Positions 27,701 through 42,700 of a stretch of 64,000 bases of DNA are shown here, piece by piece. The position numbers and the translations under genes are program-made. Location: contig OZ024744.1 of assembly GCA_964016885.1 (NCBI GenBank), positions 16,864,001-16,928,000 of the forward strand, written 5' to 3'. Positions within the stretch are counted from its first letter, which is position 1. Every line of letters starts with the position of its first letter. The notes under the pieces are model-generated. The model did no database searches and was not told the DNA's origin. It saw only the letters and a list, made by a program, of their open reading frames with translations. This DNA comes from Eledone cirrhosa. Lineage: Eukaryota.

Positions 27701-30700
27701 TGTATACAGTGACTACATATGTAGATGCTCTCCTCTAGTACTACTGTAGCTGTACAGTCCTGTATACAGTGACTACATTGGTAGATGTTCTCCTCTAGTA
27801 CTACTGTAACTGTACAGTCCTGTATAAAGTGACTACATTGGTAGATGTTCTCCTCTAGTACAACAGTGGCTCTACAGTCCTGTATACAGTGACTACATTG
27901 GTAGATGTTCTCCTCTAGTACTCGTGTAGCTGTATAGTCCTGTATACAGTGACTACATTGGTAGATGTTCTCCTCTAGAACTACTGTAGCTGTACAGTCC
28001 TGGATATAGTGACTACATTGTTAGATGCTCTACTTTAGTACTACTATAGCTGTACAGTCCTGTATACAGTGACTACATTGGTAGATGTACTCCTCTAGTA
28101 CTACTGCAGCTGTACAGTCCTGTATACAGTGACTACATTGGGAGATGTTCTCCTCTAGTACTACTGTATCTCTTCAGTCCTGTATACAGTGACTACATTG
28201 GTAGATACTCTACTCTAGTACAACATTGGCTGTACAGTCCTGTATACAGTGACTACATTGGTAGATGTTCTCCTCTAGTACTACTCTAGCTGTACAGTCC
28301 TGTATAGAGTGACTACATTGGTAGATGCTCTCCTCTAGAACTACTGTAGCTGTACAGTCCTGTATACAGTGACTACATTGGTAGATGCTCTCCTCTAGTA
28401 CTACTGTAGCTCTACAGTCGTGTATACAGTGATTACATTGCTAGATGTTCTCCTCTAGTACTACTGTAGCTGTACAGTCCTGTATACAGTGAGTACATTG
28501 GTAGATGCACTCCTCTAGTACTACTGTAGCTCTACAGTCCTGTATACAGTGACTACATTGGTAGATGCACTCCTCTAGTACTACTGTAGCTGTACAGTTC
28601 TGTATAGAGTGAGTACGTTGGTAGTTGTTCACCTCTAGGGCTACTGTAGCTGTATAGTCCTGTATACAGTGAAACAGTGGTAGATGCTCTCCTCTAGTAC
28701 TCCATGAAGCTGTACAGTCGTGTTAACAGTGACTACATTGGTAGAATCTCCCCTCTAGTATTAGTGTAGCTGTACAGTCCTGTATAGAGTGACTACATTG
28801 GTAGATACACTCCTCCAGTACTACTGTAGCTGTACAGTCATGTATACAGCAACTACATTGGTAGATGTTCTCCTCTAGTACTACTGCAGCTGTACAGTCC
28901 TTTTTACAGTGACTACATTGGTAGATGCTCACCTCTAGTACTACAGTAGCTGTACAGTCCTGTATACAGTGACTACATTGGTAGATGTTCTCCTCTTGTA
29001 CTACTGTAGCTGTACAGTCCTGTTTACAGTGACTACATTGGTAGATGCTCTCCTCTAGTACTACTGTAGTTGTACAGTCCTGTATACAGTGACTACATTG
29101 GAAGATGTACTCCTCTAGTACTACTGTATCTGTACAGTCCTGTATACAGTGACTACATTGGTAGATGTTCTCCTCTAGTACAACAGTGGCTGTAGAGTCC
29201 TGTATACAGTGACTACATTGTTAGATGTTCTCCTCTAGGACTACTGTAGCTGTATAGTCCTGTATAGAGTGACTACATTGGTAGATTTCTTCTCTAGAAC
29301 TACTGTATCTCTACAGTCCTGTATACAGTGACTACATTGGTAGATGCTCCCTTCTAGTACTATTGTAGTTGTACAGATTGTGTATACAGTGACTACATTG
29401 GTAGATGCTCTCCTCTAGTACTACTTTAGCTGTACAGTCCTGTATACAGTGACTACATTGGTAGATGCTCTTCTCTAGTACTACTGTAGTTATACAGGCC
29501 TTTATACAGTGACTACATTGGTAGATGCTCTCCTCTAGTACTACTGTAGCTGTACAGTCCTCTATACAGTGAGTACATTGGTAGACGTTCCCCTCTAGTA
29601 CTACTATAGCTGTACAGTCCTGTATACAGTGACTACATTGGTAGATGTACTCCTCTAGTACTACTGCAGCTGTACAGTCCTGTATACAGTGACTACAGTG
29701 GGAGATGTTCTCCTCTAGTACTACTGTATCTCTACAGTCCTGTATACAGTGACTACATTGTTAGATACTCTACACTAGTACAACATTGGCTGTACAGTCC
29801 TGTATACAGTGACTACATTGGTAGATGTTCTCCTCTAGTACTACTCTAGCTGTAAAGTTCTGTATAGAGTGACTACATTGGTAGATGCTCTCCTCTAGTA
29901 TTACTGTAGCTGTACAGTCCTGTATACAGTGTCTATATTGGTAGATGTTTCCCTCTAGTACTACTGTAGCCCTACAGTCCTGTACACAGTGACTACATTG
30001 GTAGATGCTCTCCTCTAGAACTACAGTAGCTGTACAGTCCTGTATACAGTGACTACATTGGTAGATGCTCTCCTCTAGTACTACTGTAGCTGTACAGTCG
30101 TGTATACAGTGATTACATTGCTAGATGTTCTCCTCTAGTACTACTGTAGCTGTACAGTCCTGTATACAGTGAGTACATTGGTAGATGCACTCCTCTAGTA
30201 CTACTGTAGCTCTACAGTCCTGTATACAGTGACTACATTGGTAGATGTTCTCCTCTAGTACTACTGTAGCTGTACAGTCCTGTATATAGTGACTACATTG
30301 GTAGATGTTCTCCTCTAGTACTATTGTAGCTGTACAGTCCTGTATACAGTGACTACATTGGTAGATGTACTCCTCTAGTACTACTGCAGCTGTACAGTCC
30401 TGTATACAGTGACTACATTGGGAGATGTTCTCCTCTAGTACTACTGTATCTCTTCAGTCCTGTATACAGTGACTACATTGGTAGATACTCTACTCTAGTA
30501 CAACATTGGCTGTACAGTCCTGTATACAGTGACTACATTGGTAGATGTTCTCCTCTAGTACTACTCTAGCTGTACAGTCCTGTATAGAGTGACTACATTG
30601 GTAGATGCTCTCCTCTAGAACTACTGTAGCTGTACAGTCCTGTATACAGTGACTACATTGGTAGATGCTCTCCTCTAGTACTACTGTAGCTCTACAGTCG

Positions 30701-33700
30701 TGTATACAGTGATTACATTGCTAGATGTTCTCCTCTAGTACTACTGTAGCTGTACAGTCCTGTATACAGTGAGTACATTGGTAGATGCACTCCTCTAGTA
30801 CTACTGTAGCTCTACAGTCCTGTATACAGTGACTACATTGGTAGATGCACTCCTCTAGTACTACTGTAGCTGTACAGTTCTGTATAGAGTGAGTACGTTG
30901 GTAGTTGTTCACCTCTAGGGCTACTGTAGCTGTATAGTCCTGTATACAGTGAAACAGTGGTAGATGCTCTCCTCTAGTACTCCATGAAGCTGTACAGTCG
31001 TGTTAACGGTGACTACATTGGTAGAATCTCCCCTCTAGTATTAGTGTAGCTGTACAGTCCTGTATAGAGTGACTACATTGGTAGATACACTCCTCCAGTA
31101 CTACTGTCGCTGTACAGTCATGTATACAGCAACTACATTGGTAGATGTTCTCCTCTAGTACTACTGCAGCTGTACAGTCCTTTTTACAGTGACTACATTG
31201 GTAGATGCTCACCTCTAGTACTACAGTAGCTGTACAGTCCTGTATACAGTGACTACATTGGTAGATGTTCTCCTCTTGTACTACTGTAGCTGTACAGTCC
31301 TGTTTACAGTGACTACATTGGTAGATGCTCTCCTCTAGTACTACTGTAGTTGTACAGTCCTGTATACAGTGACTACATTGGAAGATGTACTCCTCTAGTA
31401 CTACTGTATCTGTACAGTCCTGTATACAGTGACTACATTGGTAGATGTTCTCCTCTAGTACAACAGTGGCTGTAGAGTCCTGTATACAGTGACTACATTG
31501 TTAGATGTTCTCCTCTAGGACTACTGTAGCTGTATAGTCCTGTATAGAGTGACTACATTGGTAGATTTCTTCTCTAGAACTACTGTATCTCTACAGTCCT
31601 GTATACAGTGACTACATTGGTAGATGCTCCCTTCTAGTACTATTGTAGTTGTACAGATTGTGTATACAGTGACTACATTGGTAGATGCTCTCCTCTAGTA
31701 CTACTGTAGCTGTACAGTCCTGTATACAGTGACTACATTGGTAGATGCTCTTCTCTAGTACTACTGTAGTTATACAGGCCTTTATACAGTGACTACATTG
31801 GTAGATGCTCTCCTCTAGTACTACTGTAGCTGTACAGTCCTCTATACAGTGAGTACATTGGTAGACGTTCCCCTCTAGTACTACTATAGCTGTACAGTCC
31901 TGTATACAGTGACTACATTGGTAGATGTACTCCTCTAGTACTACTGCAGCTGTACAGTCCTGTATACAGTGACTACAGTGGGAGATGTTCTCCTCTAGTA
32001 CTACTGTATCTCTACAGTCCTGTATACAGTGACTACATTGTTAGATACTCTACACTAGTACAACATTGGCTGTACAGTCCTGTATACAGTGACTACATTG
32101 GTAGATGTTCTCCTCTAGTACTACTCTAGCTGTAAAGTTCTGTATAGAGTGACTACATTGGTAGATGCTCTCCTCTAGTATTACTGTAGCTGTACAGTCC
32201 TGTATACAGTGTCTATATTGGTAGATGTTTCCCTCTAGTACTACTGTAGCCCTACAGTCCTGTACACAGTGACTACATTGGTAGATGCTCTCCTCTAGAA
32301 CTACAGTAGCTGTACAGTCCTGTATACAGTGACTACATTGGTAGATGCTCTCCTCTAGTACTACTGTAGCTGTACAGTCGTGTATACAGTGATTACATTG
32401 CTAGATGTTCTCCTCTAGTACTACTGTAGCTGTACAGTCCTGTATACAGTGAGTACATTGGTAGATGCACTCCTCTAGTACTACTGTAGCTCTACAGTCC
32501 TGTATACAGTGACTACATTGGTAGATGTTCTCCTCTAGTACTACTGTAGCTGTACAGTCCTGTATATAGTGACTACATTGGTAGATGTTCTCCTCTAGTA
32601 CTATTGTAGCTGTACAGTTCTGTATACAGTGACTACATTGGTAGAAGTTCTCCTTTAGTACTACTGTATCTGTACAGTCCTGTATACAGCAACTACATTG
32701 GTAGATGCACTCCTCTAGTACTACTGTAGCTGTACAGTTCTGTATAGATTGAATACGTTGGTAGTTGTTCACCTCTAGTACTACTGTAGCTGTACAGTCC
32801 TGTATACAGTGACTACATTGGTAGATGTTCTCCTCTAGGGCTACTGTAGCTGTATAGTCCTGTATACAGTGAAACAGTGGTAGATGCTCTCCTCTAGTAC
32901 TACATGAAGCTGTACAGTCGTGTTAACAGTGACTACATTGGTAGAATCTCTCCTCTAGGATTAGTGTAGCTGTACAGTCCTGTATAGAGTGACTACATTG
33001 GTAGATACACTCCTCCAGTACTACTGTAGCTGTACAGTCATGTATACAGCAACTACATTGGTAGATGTTCTCCTCTAGTACTACTGCAGCTGTACAGTCC
33101 TTTTTACAGTGACTACATTGGTAGATGCTCACCTCTAGTACTACAGTAACTGTACAGTCCTGTATACAGTGACTACATTGGTAGATGTTCTCCTCTAGTA
33201 CTACTGTAGCTGTACAGTCCTGTTTACAGTGACTACATTGGTAGATGCTCTCCTCTAGTACTACTGTAGTTGTACAGTCCTGTATACAGTGACTACATTG
33301 GGAGATGTACTCCTCTAGTACTACTGTATCTGTACAGTCCTGTATACAGTGACTACATTGGTAGATGTTCTCCTCTAGTACAACAGTGGCTGTAGAGTCC
33401 TGTATACAGTGACTACATTGTTAGATGTTCTCCTCTAGGACTACTGTAGCTGTATAGTCCTGTATACAGTGACTACATTGGTAGATTTCTTCTCTAGAAC
33501 TACTGTATCTCCACAGACCTGTATACAGTGACTACATTGGTAGATGCTCTTCTCTAGTACTACTGTAGTTATACAGTCCTTTATACAGTGACTACATTGG
33601 TAGATGCTCTCCTCTAGTACTACTGTAGCTGTACAGTCCTGTATACAGTGAGTACATTGGTAGACGTACCCCTCTAGTACTACTGTAGCTGTACAGTCCT

Positions 33701-36700
33701 GCATACAGTGACTACATTGGTAGATGCTCCCCTCTAGTACTACTGTAGCTGTACAGATTGTGTATACAGTGACTACATTGGTAGATGCTCTCCTCTAGTA
33801 CTACTGTAGCTGTACAATCCTGTATACAGTGACTACATTGGTAGATGCTCTTCTCTAGTACTACTGTAGTTATACAGTCCTTTATACAGTGACTACATTG
33901 GTAGATGCTCTCCTCTAGTACTACTGTAGCTGTACAGTCCTGTATACAGTGAGTACATTGGTAGACGTTCCCTTCTAGTACTACTGTAGCTGTACAGTCC
34001 TGCATACAGTGACTACATTGGTAGATGTTCCCCTCTAGTACTAATGTAGCTGTACAGTCCTGTATATAGTGACTACATTGGTAGATGCTCTCCTCTAGTA
34101 CTACTGTAGCTGTACAATCCTGTATACAGTGACTACATTGGTAGATGCTCTTCTCTAGTACTACTGTAGCTGTACAGTCGTGTATACAGTGACTACATTG
34201 GTAGATGTTCCTCTCTAGTACTAATGTAGCTGTACAGTCCTGGATACAGTGACTACATTGGTAGATGCTCTACTTTAGTACTACTGTAGCTGTACAGTCC
34301 TGTATACAGTGACTACATTGGTAGATGTTCTCCTCTTGTACTACTGTATCTCTACAGTCCTGTATACAGTGACTACACAGGTAGATGTTCTGCTGTAGTA
34401 CTACTGTAGCTATACAGTCCTGTATCGAGTGACTACATTGGTAGATGTGCTCTTCTAGTACTACTGTAGCTGTACAGTCCTGTATACAGTGACTACATTG
34501 GTAGATGTTATACTCTAGTACTACTGTAACTGTTCACTTCTGTATACAGTGACTACATTGGTCGATGCTCTCCTCTAGTACTACTATAGCTGTACAGTCC
34601 TGTATATAGTGACTACATTGGTAGATGTTCTCATCTAGTACTACTGTGGCTTTACAGTTCTGTATACAGTGGCTACATTGGTAGATGTTCTCCTCTATAA
34701 CTACTGAAGCTGTATAGTCCTGTATACAGTGACTACATTGGTAGATGTTCTCCTCTAGTACTCCTGTAGCTGTACAGTCCTGTATACAGTGACTACATTG
34801 GTAGATGCTCTCCTCTAGTACTACTAAAACTGAACAGTCCTGTATATAGTGACTACATTGGTAGATGTTCTCCTCTAGTACTACTGTAACTGTACAGTCC
34901 TGTATACAGTGACTACATTGGTAGATGTTCTCCTCTAGTACAACAGTGGCTGTAGAGTCCTGTATACAGTGACTACATTGGTAGATGTTCTCCTCTAGGA
35001 CTACTGTAGCTGTATAGTCCTGTATTCAGTGACCACATTGGTAGATGTTCCCCTCTAGAACTACTGTATCTCTACAGTCCTGTATACAGTGACTACATTG
35101 GTAGAGGTTCTCCTCTAGTACTACTGCAGCTGTACTGTCCTGTATACAGTGACTACATTGGTAGATGTACCCCTCTACATCTACTGTAGCTGATTAGTAT
35201 CTTGTATACAGTGACTACATTGGTAGATGTAACCCTCTAGTACTACTGTAGCTGTACAGTCCTGTAAACAGTGACTGCATTGGTAGATTTTCTCCTCTAG
35301 TACAACAGTGTCCGTACAGTCCTGTATACAGTGACTACATTGGTGGATGTTCTCCTCTAGTACTACTGTAGCTGTATAGTCCTGTATACAGTGACTACAT
35401 TGGTAGATGTTCTCCTCTAGAACTAGTGTAGCTGTACAGACCTGTATACAGCGACTACATTGGTAGATGCTCTCCTCTAGTACAACAGTGGCTGTACAGT
35501 CCTGTATACAGTGACTACATTGTTAGAGATTCTCCTCTAGTACTACTGTAGCTGTACAGTCCTGTATACAGTGACTACATTGTTAGATGTCCTCCTCTAG
35601 CACTACTGTAGCTGTACAGTCCTGTATAGAATTACTACATTGGTAGATGTTCTCTAGTACTACAGTAGCTGTACAGTCCTGTATACAGTAACTACATTGG
35701 TAGATGTTCTCCTGTAGTACTACTATAGTTTACAGTCCTGTATAGAGTGACTACATTGGTAGAAGTACTCGTTTAGTACTACTGTATCTCTACAGTCCTG
35801 TATACAGTGACTACATTGGTAGATCCTCTCCTCTAGTACAACTGTATCTGTACAGTCCTGTATACAGTGACTACATTGGTAGATGTTCCCCTCTAGTACT
35901 AATGTAGCTGTACAGTCCTGTATATAGTGACTACATTGGTAGATGTTCTCCTCTAGTACTACTGTAGCTGTACACTCCTGTATACAGTGACTACATTGGT
36001 AGATGCTCACCTCTAGTACTACAGTACCTGTACAGTCATGTATACAGTGACTACATTGGTAGATGTTCTCCTCTAGAACTACTGTAGCTGTACAGTCTGT
36101 ATACAGTGACTACATTGGTAGATCCTCTCCTCTAGTAGTACTGTTGCAGTACAGTCCTGTATAGAGTGACTACATTGGTAGATGTTCTCTAGTACTAGAG
36201 TAGCTGTACAGTCCAGTATACATTGACTACATTGGTAGATGTTCTCCTCTAGTACTACTGTATATCTAAAGTCCGGTATACAGTAACTACATTGGTAGAT
36301 GCTCTCCTCTAATACTACTGTAGCTGTATAGTCCTGTATACAGTGGCTACATTGGTAGATGTTCTCCTCTAGTACTACTGTAACTATACAGTCCTGTATA
36401 CAGTAACTACATTGGTAGATATTCTCCTCTAGTACTACTATAGCTATACTGTCATGTATACAGTGACTACATTGGTAGATGCTCTCCTCTAGTACTATTG
36501 TAGCTGTACATTCCTGCATACAGTGACTACATTGGTAGATGTTCTCCTCTAGTACTACTGTAGCTGTACAGTCCTGTCTACAGTGACTACATCGGTAGAT
36601 GCTCTCCTCTAGTACTACTGAAGCTGTACAGTCCTGTATACAGTGACTACATTGGTAGATGTTCTCCTCTAGTACTACTGTAACTGTACAGTCCTGTATA

Positions 36701-39700
36701 CAGTGACTACATTGGTAGATGTTCTCCTCTAGTACAACAGTGGCTGTAGAGTCCTGTATACAGTGACTACATTGTTAGATGTTCTCCTCTAGGACTACTG
36801 TAGCTGTATAGTCCTGTATACAGTGACTACATTTGTAGATGTTCTTCTCTAGAACTACTGTATCTCTACAGTCCTGTATACAGTGACTACATTGGTAGAT
36901 GCTCCCCTCTAGTACTACTGTAGCTGTACAGATTGTGTATACAGTGACTACATTGGTATATGCTCTCCTCTAGTACTACTGTAGCTGTACAGTCCTGTAT
37001 ACAGTGACTACATTGGTAGATGCTCTCCTCTAGTACTACTGTAGTTATACAGTCCTGTATACAGTGACTACATTGGTAGATGCTCTCCTCTAGTACTACT
37101 GTAGCTGTACAGTCCTGTATACAGTGAGTACATTGATAGACGTTCCCCTCTAGTACTACTGTAGCTGTACAGTCCTGCATACAGTGACTACATTGATAGA
37201 CGTTCCCCTCTATTACTAATGTAGCTGTACAGTCCTGTATATAGTGACTACATTGGTAGATGTTCTCCTCTAGTACTACTGTAGCTGTACACTCCTGTAT
37301 ACAGTGACTACATTGGTAGATGTTCCCCTCTAGTACTAATGTAACTGTACAGTCCTGGATATAGTGACTACATTTGTAGATGCTCTACTTTAGTACTACT
37401 GTAGCTGTACAGTCCCGTTTACAGTGACTACATTGGTAGATGTTCTCCTCTAGTACTACTGTATCTCTACAGTCCTGTATACAGTGACTACACAGGTAGA
37501 TGTTCTGCTGTAGTACTACTGTAGCTATACAGTCCTGTATAGAGTGACTACATTGGTAGATGTTCTCCTCTAGTACTACTGTAGCTGTACAGTCCTGTAT
37601 ACAATGACTACATTGGTAGATGTTATCCTCTAGTACTACTGTAACTGTTCACTTCTGTATACAGTGACTACATTGGTCGTTGCTCTCCTCTAGTACTACT
37701 ATAGCTGTACAGTCCTGTATATAGTGACTACATTGGTAGATGTTCTCATCTAGTACTACTGTGGCTTTACAGTTCTGTATACAGTGGCTACATTGGTAGA
37801 TGTTCTCCTCTATAACTACTGAAGCTGTACAGTCCTGTATGCAGTGACTACATTGGTAGAAGTTCTCCTCTAGTACTGCTGTAAGTATACAGTCCTGTAT
37901 ACAGTAACTACATTGGTAGATGTTCTCCTCTAGTACTACTATAGCTATACTGTCATGTATACAGTGACTAAATTGGTAGATGCTCTCCTCTAGTACTACT
38001 GTAGCTGTACATTCCTGTATAAAGTGAGTACATTGGTAGATGTTCTCCTCTAGTACTACTGTAGCTGTACAGTCCTGTATACAGTGAGTACATTGGTAGA
38101 TGCACTCCTCTAGTACTACTGTGGCTCTACAGTCCTGTATACAATGACTACATTGATAGATGTTCTCCTTTAGTACTACTGTATCTGTACAGTCCTGTAT
38201 ACAGTGACTACATTGGTAGATGTTCTCCTCTAGTACTACTGTAGCTGTACAGTCCTGTATACAGTGACTACATTGGTAGATGCTCTCCTCTAGTACTACA
38301 GTAGCTGTACAGTCCTGTATACAGTGACTACATTGGTAGATGTTCTCCTCTAGTACAACAGTGGCTGTAGAGTCCTGTATACAGTGAATACATTGGTAGA
38401 TGTTCCCCTCTAGTACTACTGTAGTTGTACAGTCCTGTATACAGTAACTACATTGGTAGATGCTCCCCTCTAGTACTACTGTAGCTGTACAGATTGTGTA
38501 TACAGTGACTACATTGGTAGATGCACACCTCTAGTACTACTGTAGCTGTACAGATTGTGTATACAGTGACTACATTGGTAGATGCTCTCCTCTTGTACTA
38601 CTACAGCTGTACCATCCTGTATACAGTGACTGCATTGGTAGATGTTCCCCTCTAGTACTACTGTAGCTGTACAGTCCTGTATACAGTAACTACATTGGTA
38701 GATGCTCCCCTCTAGTACTACTGTAGCTGTACAGATTGTGTATACAGTGACTACATTGGTAGATGCACTCCTCTAGTACTACTGTAGCTGTACAGTCCTG
38801 TAAACAGTGACTGCATTGGTAGATTTTCTCCTCTAGTACAACAGTGTCCGTACAGTCCTGTATACAGTGACTACATTGGTGGATGTTCTCCTCTAGTACT
38901 ACTGTAGCTGTATAGTCCTGTATACAGCGACTACATTGGTAGATGCTCTTCTCTAGTACAACAGTGGCTGTACAGTCCTGTATACAGTGACTACATTGTT
39001 AGAGATTCTCCTCTAGTACTACTGTAGCTGTACAGTCCTGTATAGAATTACTACATTGGTAGATGTTCTCTAGTACTACAGTAGCTGTACAGTCCTGTAT
39101 ACAGTGACTACATTGGTAGATGTTCTCCTGTAGTACTACTATAGTTTACAGTCCTGTATAGAGTGACTACATTGGTAGAAGTACTCGTTTAGTACTACTG
39201 TATCTCTACAGTCCTGTATACAGTGACTACATTGGTAGATGTTCCCCTCTAGTACTAATGTAGCTGTACAGTCCTGTATATAGTGACTACATTGGTAGAT
39301 GTTCTCCTCTAGTACTACTGTAGCTGTACACTCCTGTATACAGTGACTACATTGGTAGATGCTCCCCTCTAGTACTACTGTAGCTGTACAGATTGTGTAT
39401 ACAGTGACTACATTGGTAGATGCTCTCCTCTTGTACTACTACAGCTGTAGCATCCTGTATACAGTGACTGCATTGGTAGATGTTCCCCTCTAGTACTACT
39501 GTAGCTGTACAGTCCTGTATACAGTAACTACATTGGTAGATGCTCCCCTCTAGTACTACTGTAGCTGTACAGATTGTGTATACAGTGACTACATTGGTAG
39601 ATGCACTCCTCTAGTACTACTGTAGCTCTACAGTCCTGTATACAATGACTACATTGACAGATGTTCTCCTCTAGTACTACAGTAGCTGTACAGTCCTGTA

Positions 39701-42700
39701 TACAGTGACTACATTGGTAGATGTTCTCCTCTAGTACTACTGTAGCTGTACAAACCTGTATACACTGACTACATAGGTAGATGCTCTCCTCTAGTACTAC
39801 TGTAGCTGTACAGTCCTGTATACAGTGACTACATTGGTAGATGTTCTCCTCTAGTACTACTGTAACTGTACAGTCCTGTATACAGTGACTACATTGGTAG
39901 ATGTTCTCCTCTAGTACAACAGTGGCTGTATAGTCCTGTATACAGTGACTACATTGGTAGATGTTCTCCTCTAGTACTAGTGTAGCTGTATAGTCCTGTA
40001 TACAGTGACTACATTGGTAGATGTTCTCCTCTAGAGCTACTGTAGTTGTACAGTCCTAGATATAGTGACTACATTGTTAGATGCTCTACTTTAGTACTAC
40101 TATAGCTGTACAGTCCTGTATACAGTGACTACATTGGTAGATGTTCTCCTCTAGTACTACTGCAGCTGTACAGTCCTGTATACAGTGACTACATTGGTAG
40201 ATGTTCTCCTCTAGTACTACTGTATCTCTACAGTCCTGTATACAGTGACAACATTGGTCGATGTTCTCCTCTAGTACTACTGCAGTTGTACAGTCCTGTA
40301 TACAGTGACTACATTGGTAGATGTTCTCCTCTAGTACTACTGTATCTCTACAGTCCTGTATACAGTGACTACATTGGTAGATACTCTACTCTAGTACAAC
40401 ATTGGCTGTACAGTCCTGTATACAGTGACTACATTGGTAGATGTTCTCCTCTAGTACTACTGTAGCTGTACAGTCCTGTATACAGTGTCTATATTGGTAG
40501 ATGTTTCCCTCTAGTACTACTGTAGCTCTACAGTCCTGTACACAGTGACTACATTGGTAGATGCTCTCCTCTAGAACTCCTGTAGCTGTAGAGTCCTGTA
40601 TACAGTGACTACATTGGTAGATGCTCTACTCTAGTACTACTGTAGCTGTACAGTCGTGTATACAGTGATTACATTGGTAGATGTTCTCCTCTAGTACTAC
40701 TGTAGCTGTACAGTCCTGTATACAGTGAGTACATTGGTAGATGCACTCCTCTAGTACTACTGTAGCTCTACAGTCCTGTATACAGTGACTACATTGGTAG
40801 ATGTTCTCCTCTAGTACTACTGTAGCTGTACAGTCCTGTATATAGTGACTACATTGGTAGATGTTCTCCTCTAGTACTACTGTAGCTGTACAGTTCTGTA
40901 TAGAGTGAGTACGTTGGTAGTTGTTCCCCTCTAGTACTTCTGTAGCGGTACAGTCCTGTATACAGTGACTACATTGGTAGATGTTCTCCTCTAGGGCTAC
41001 TGTAGCTGTATAGTCCTGTATACAGTGAAACAGTGGTAGATGCTCTCCTCTAGTACTACATGAAGCTGTACAGTCGTGTTAACAGTGACTACATTGGTAG
41101 AATCTCTCCTCTAGTATTAGTGTAGCTGTACAGTCCTGTATAGAGTGACTACATTGGTAGATACACTCCTCCAGTACTACTGTAGCTGTACAGTCATGTA
41201 TACAGCAACTACATTGGTAGATGTTCTCCTCTAGTACTACTGCAGCTGTACAGACCTTTTTACAGTGACTACATTGGTAGATGCTCACCTCTAGTACTAC
41301 AGTAGCTGTACAGTCCTGTATACAGTGACTACATTGGTAAATGTTCTCCTCTAGTACTACTGTAGCTGTACAGTCCTGTTTACAGTGACTACATTGGTAG
41401 ATGCTCTCCTCTAGTACTACTGTAGCTGTACAGTCCTGTATACAGTGACTACATTGGTAGATGTACTCCTCTAGTACAACCGTGGCTGTAGAGTCCTGTA
41501 TACAGTGACTACATTGTTAGATGTTCTCCTCTAGGACTACTGTAGCTGTATAGTCCTGTATACAGTGACTACATTGGTAGATGTTCTTCTCTAGAACTAC
41601 TGTGTCTCTACAGTCCTGTATACAGTGACTACATTGGTAGATGCTCCCCTCTAGTACTACTGTAGCTGTACAGATTGTGTATACAGTCACTACATTGGTA
41701 GATGCTCTCCTCTAGTACTACTGTAGCTGTACAGTCCTGTATACAGTGACTACATTGGTAGATGCTCTCCTCTAGTACTACTGTAGTTATACAGTCCTCT
41801 ATACAGTGACTACATTGGTAGATGCTCTCCTCTAGTACTACTGTAGTTATACAGTCCTCTATACAGTGACTACATTGGTAGATGTTCTCCTCTAGTACTA
41901 CTGTAGCTGTACAGTCCTGTATATTGTGACTACATTGGTAGATGTACTCCTCTAGTACTAATGAAAGCTGTACAGTCCTGTATATTGTGACTACATTGGT
42001 AGATGTTCCCCTCTAGTACTAATGAAAGCTGTACAGTCCTGTATATTGTGACTACATTGGTAGATGTACTCCTCTAGTACTACTGTAGCTGTACAGTCCT
42101 GCATACAGTGACTACATTGGTAGATGTTCCCCTCTAGTACTAATGAAAGCTGTACAGTCCTGTATATTGTGACTACATTGGTAGATGTACTCCTCTAGTA
42201 CTACTGTAGCTGTACACTCCTGTATACAGTGACTACATTGGTAGATGCTCTCCTCTAGTACTACAGTAGCTGTACAGTCGTGTATACAGTGACTACATTG
42301 CTAGATGTTCCTCTCTAGTACTAATGTAGCTGTACAGTCCTGGATATAGTGACTACATTGGTAGATGCTCTACTTTAGTACTACTGTAGCTGTACAGTCC
42401 TGTATACAGTGACTACATTGGTAGATCTTCTCCTCTAGTACTACTGTAGCTGTACAGTCCTGTATACAGTGACTACATTGGTAGATGTTCTCCTCTAGTA
42501 CTACTGTATCTCTACAGTCCTGTATACAGTGACTACACTGGTAGATGTTCTGCTGTAGTACTACTTTGTAGCTATACAGTCCTGTATAGAGTGACTAAAT
42601 TGGTAGATGTTCTCCTCTAGTACTACTGTAGCTGTACAGTCCTGTATACAGGGACTACATTGGTAGATGTTGTCCTCTAGTACTACTGTAACTGTTCACT

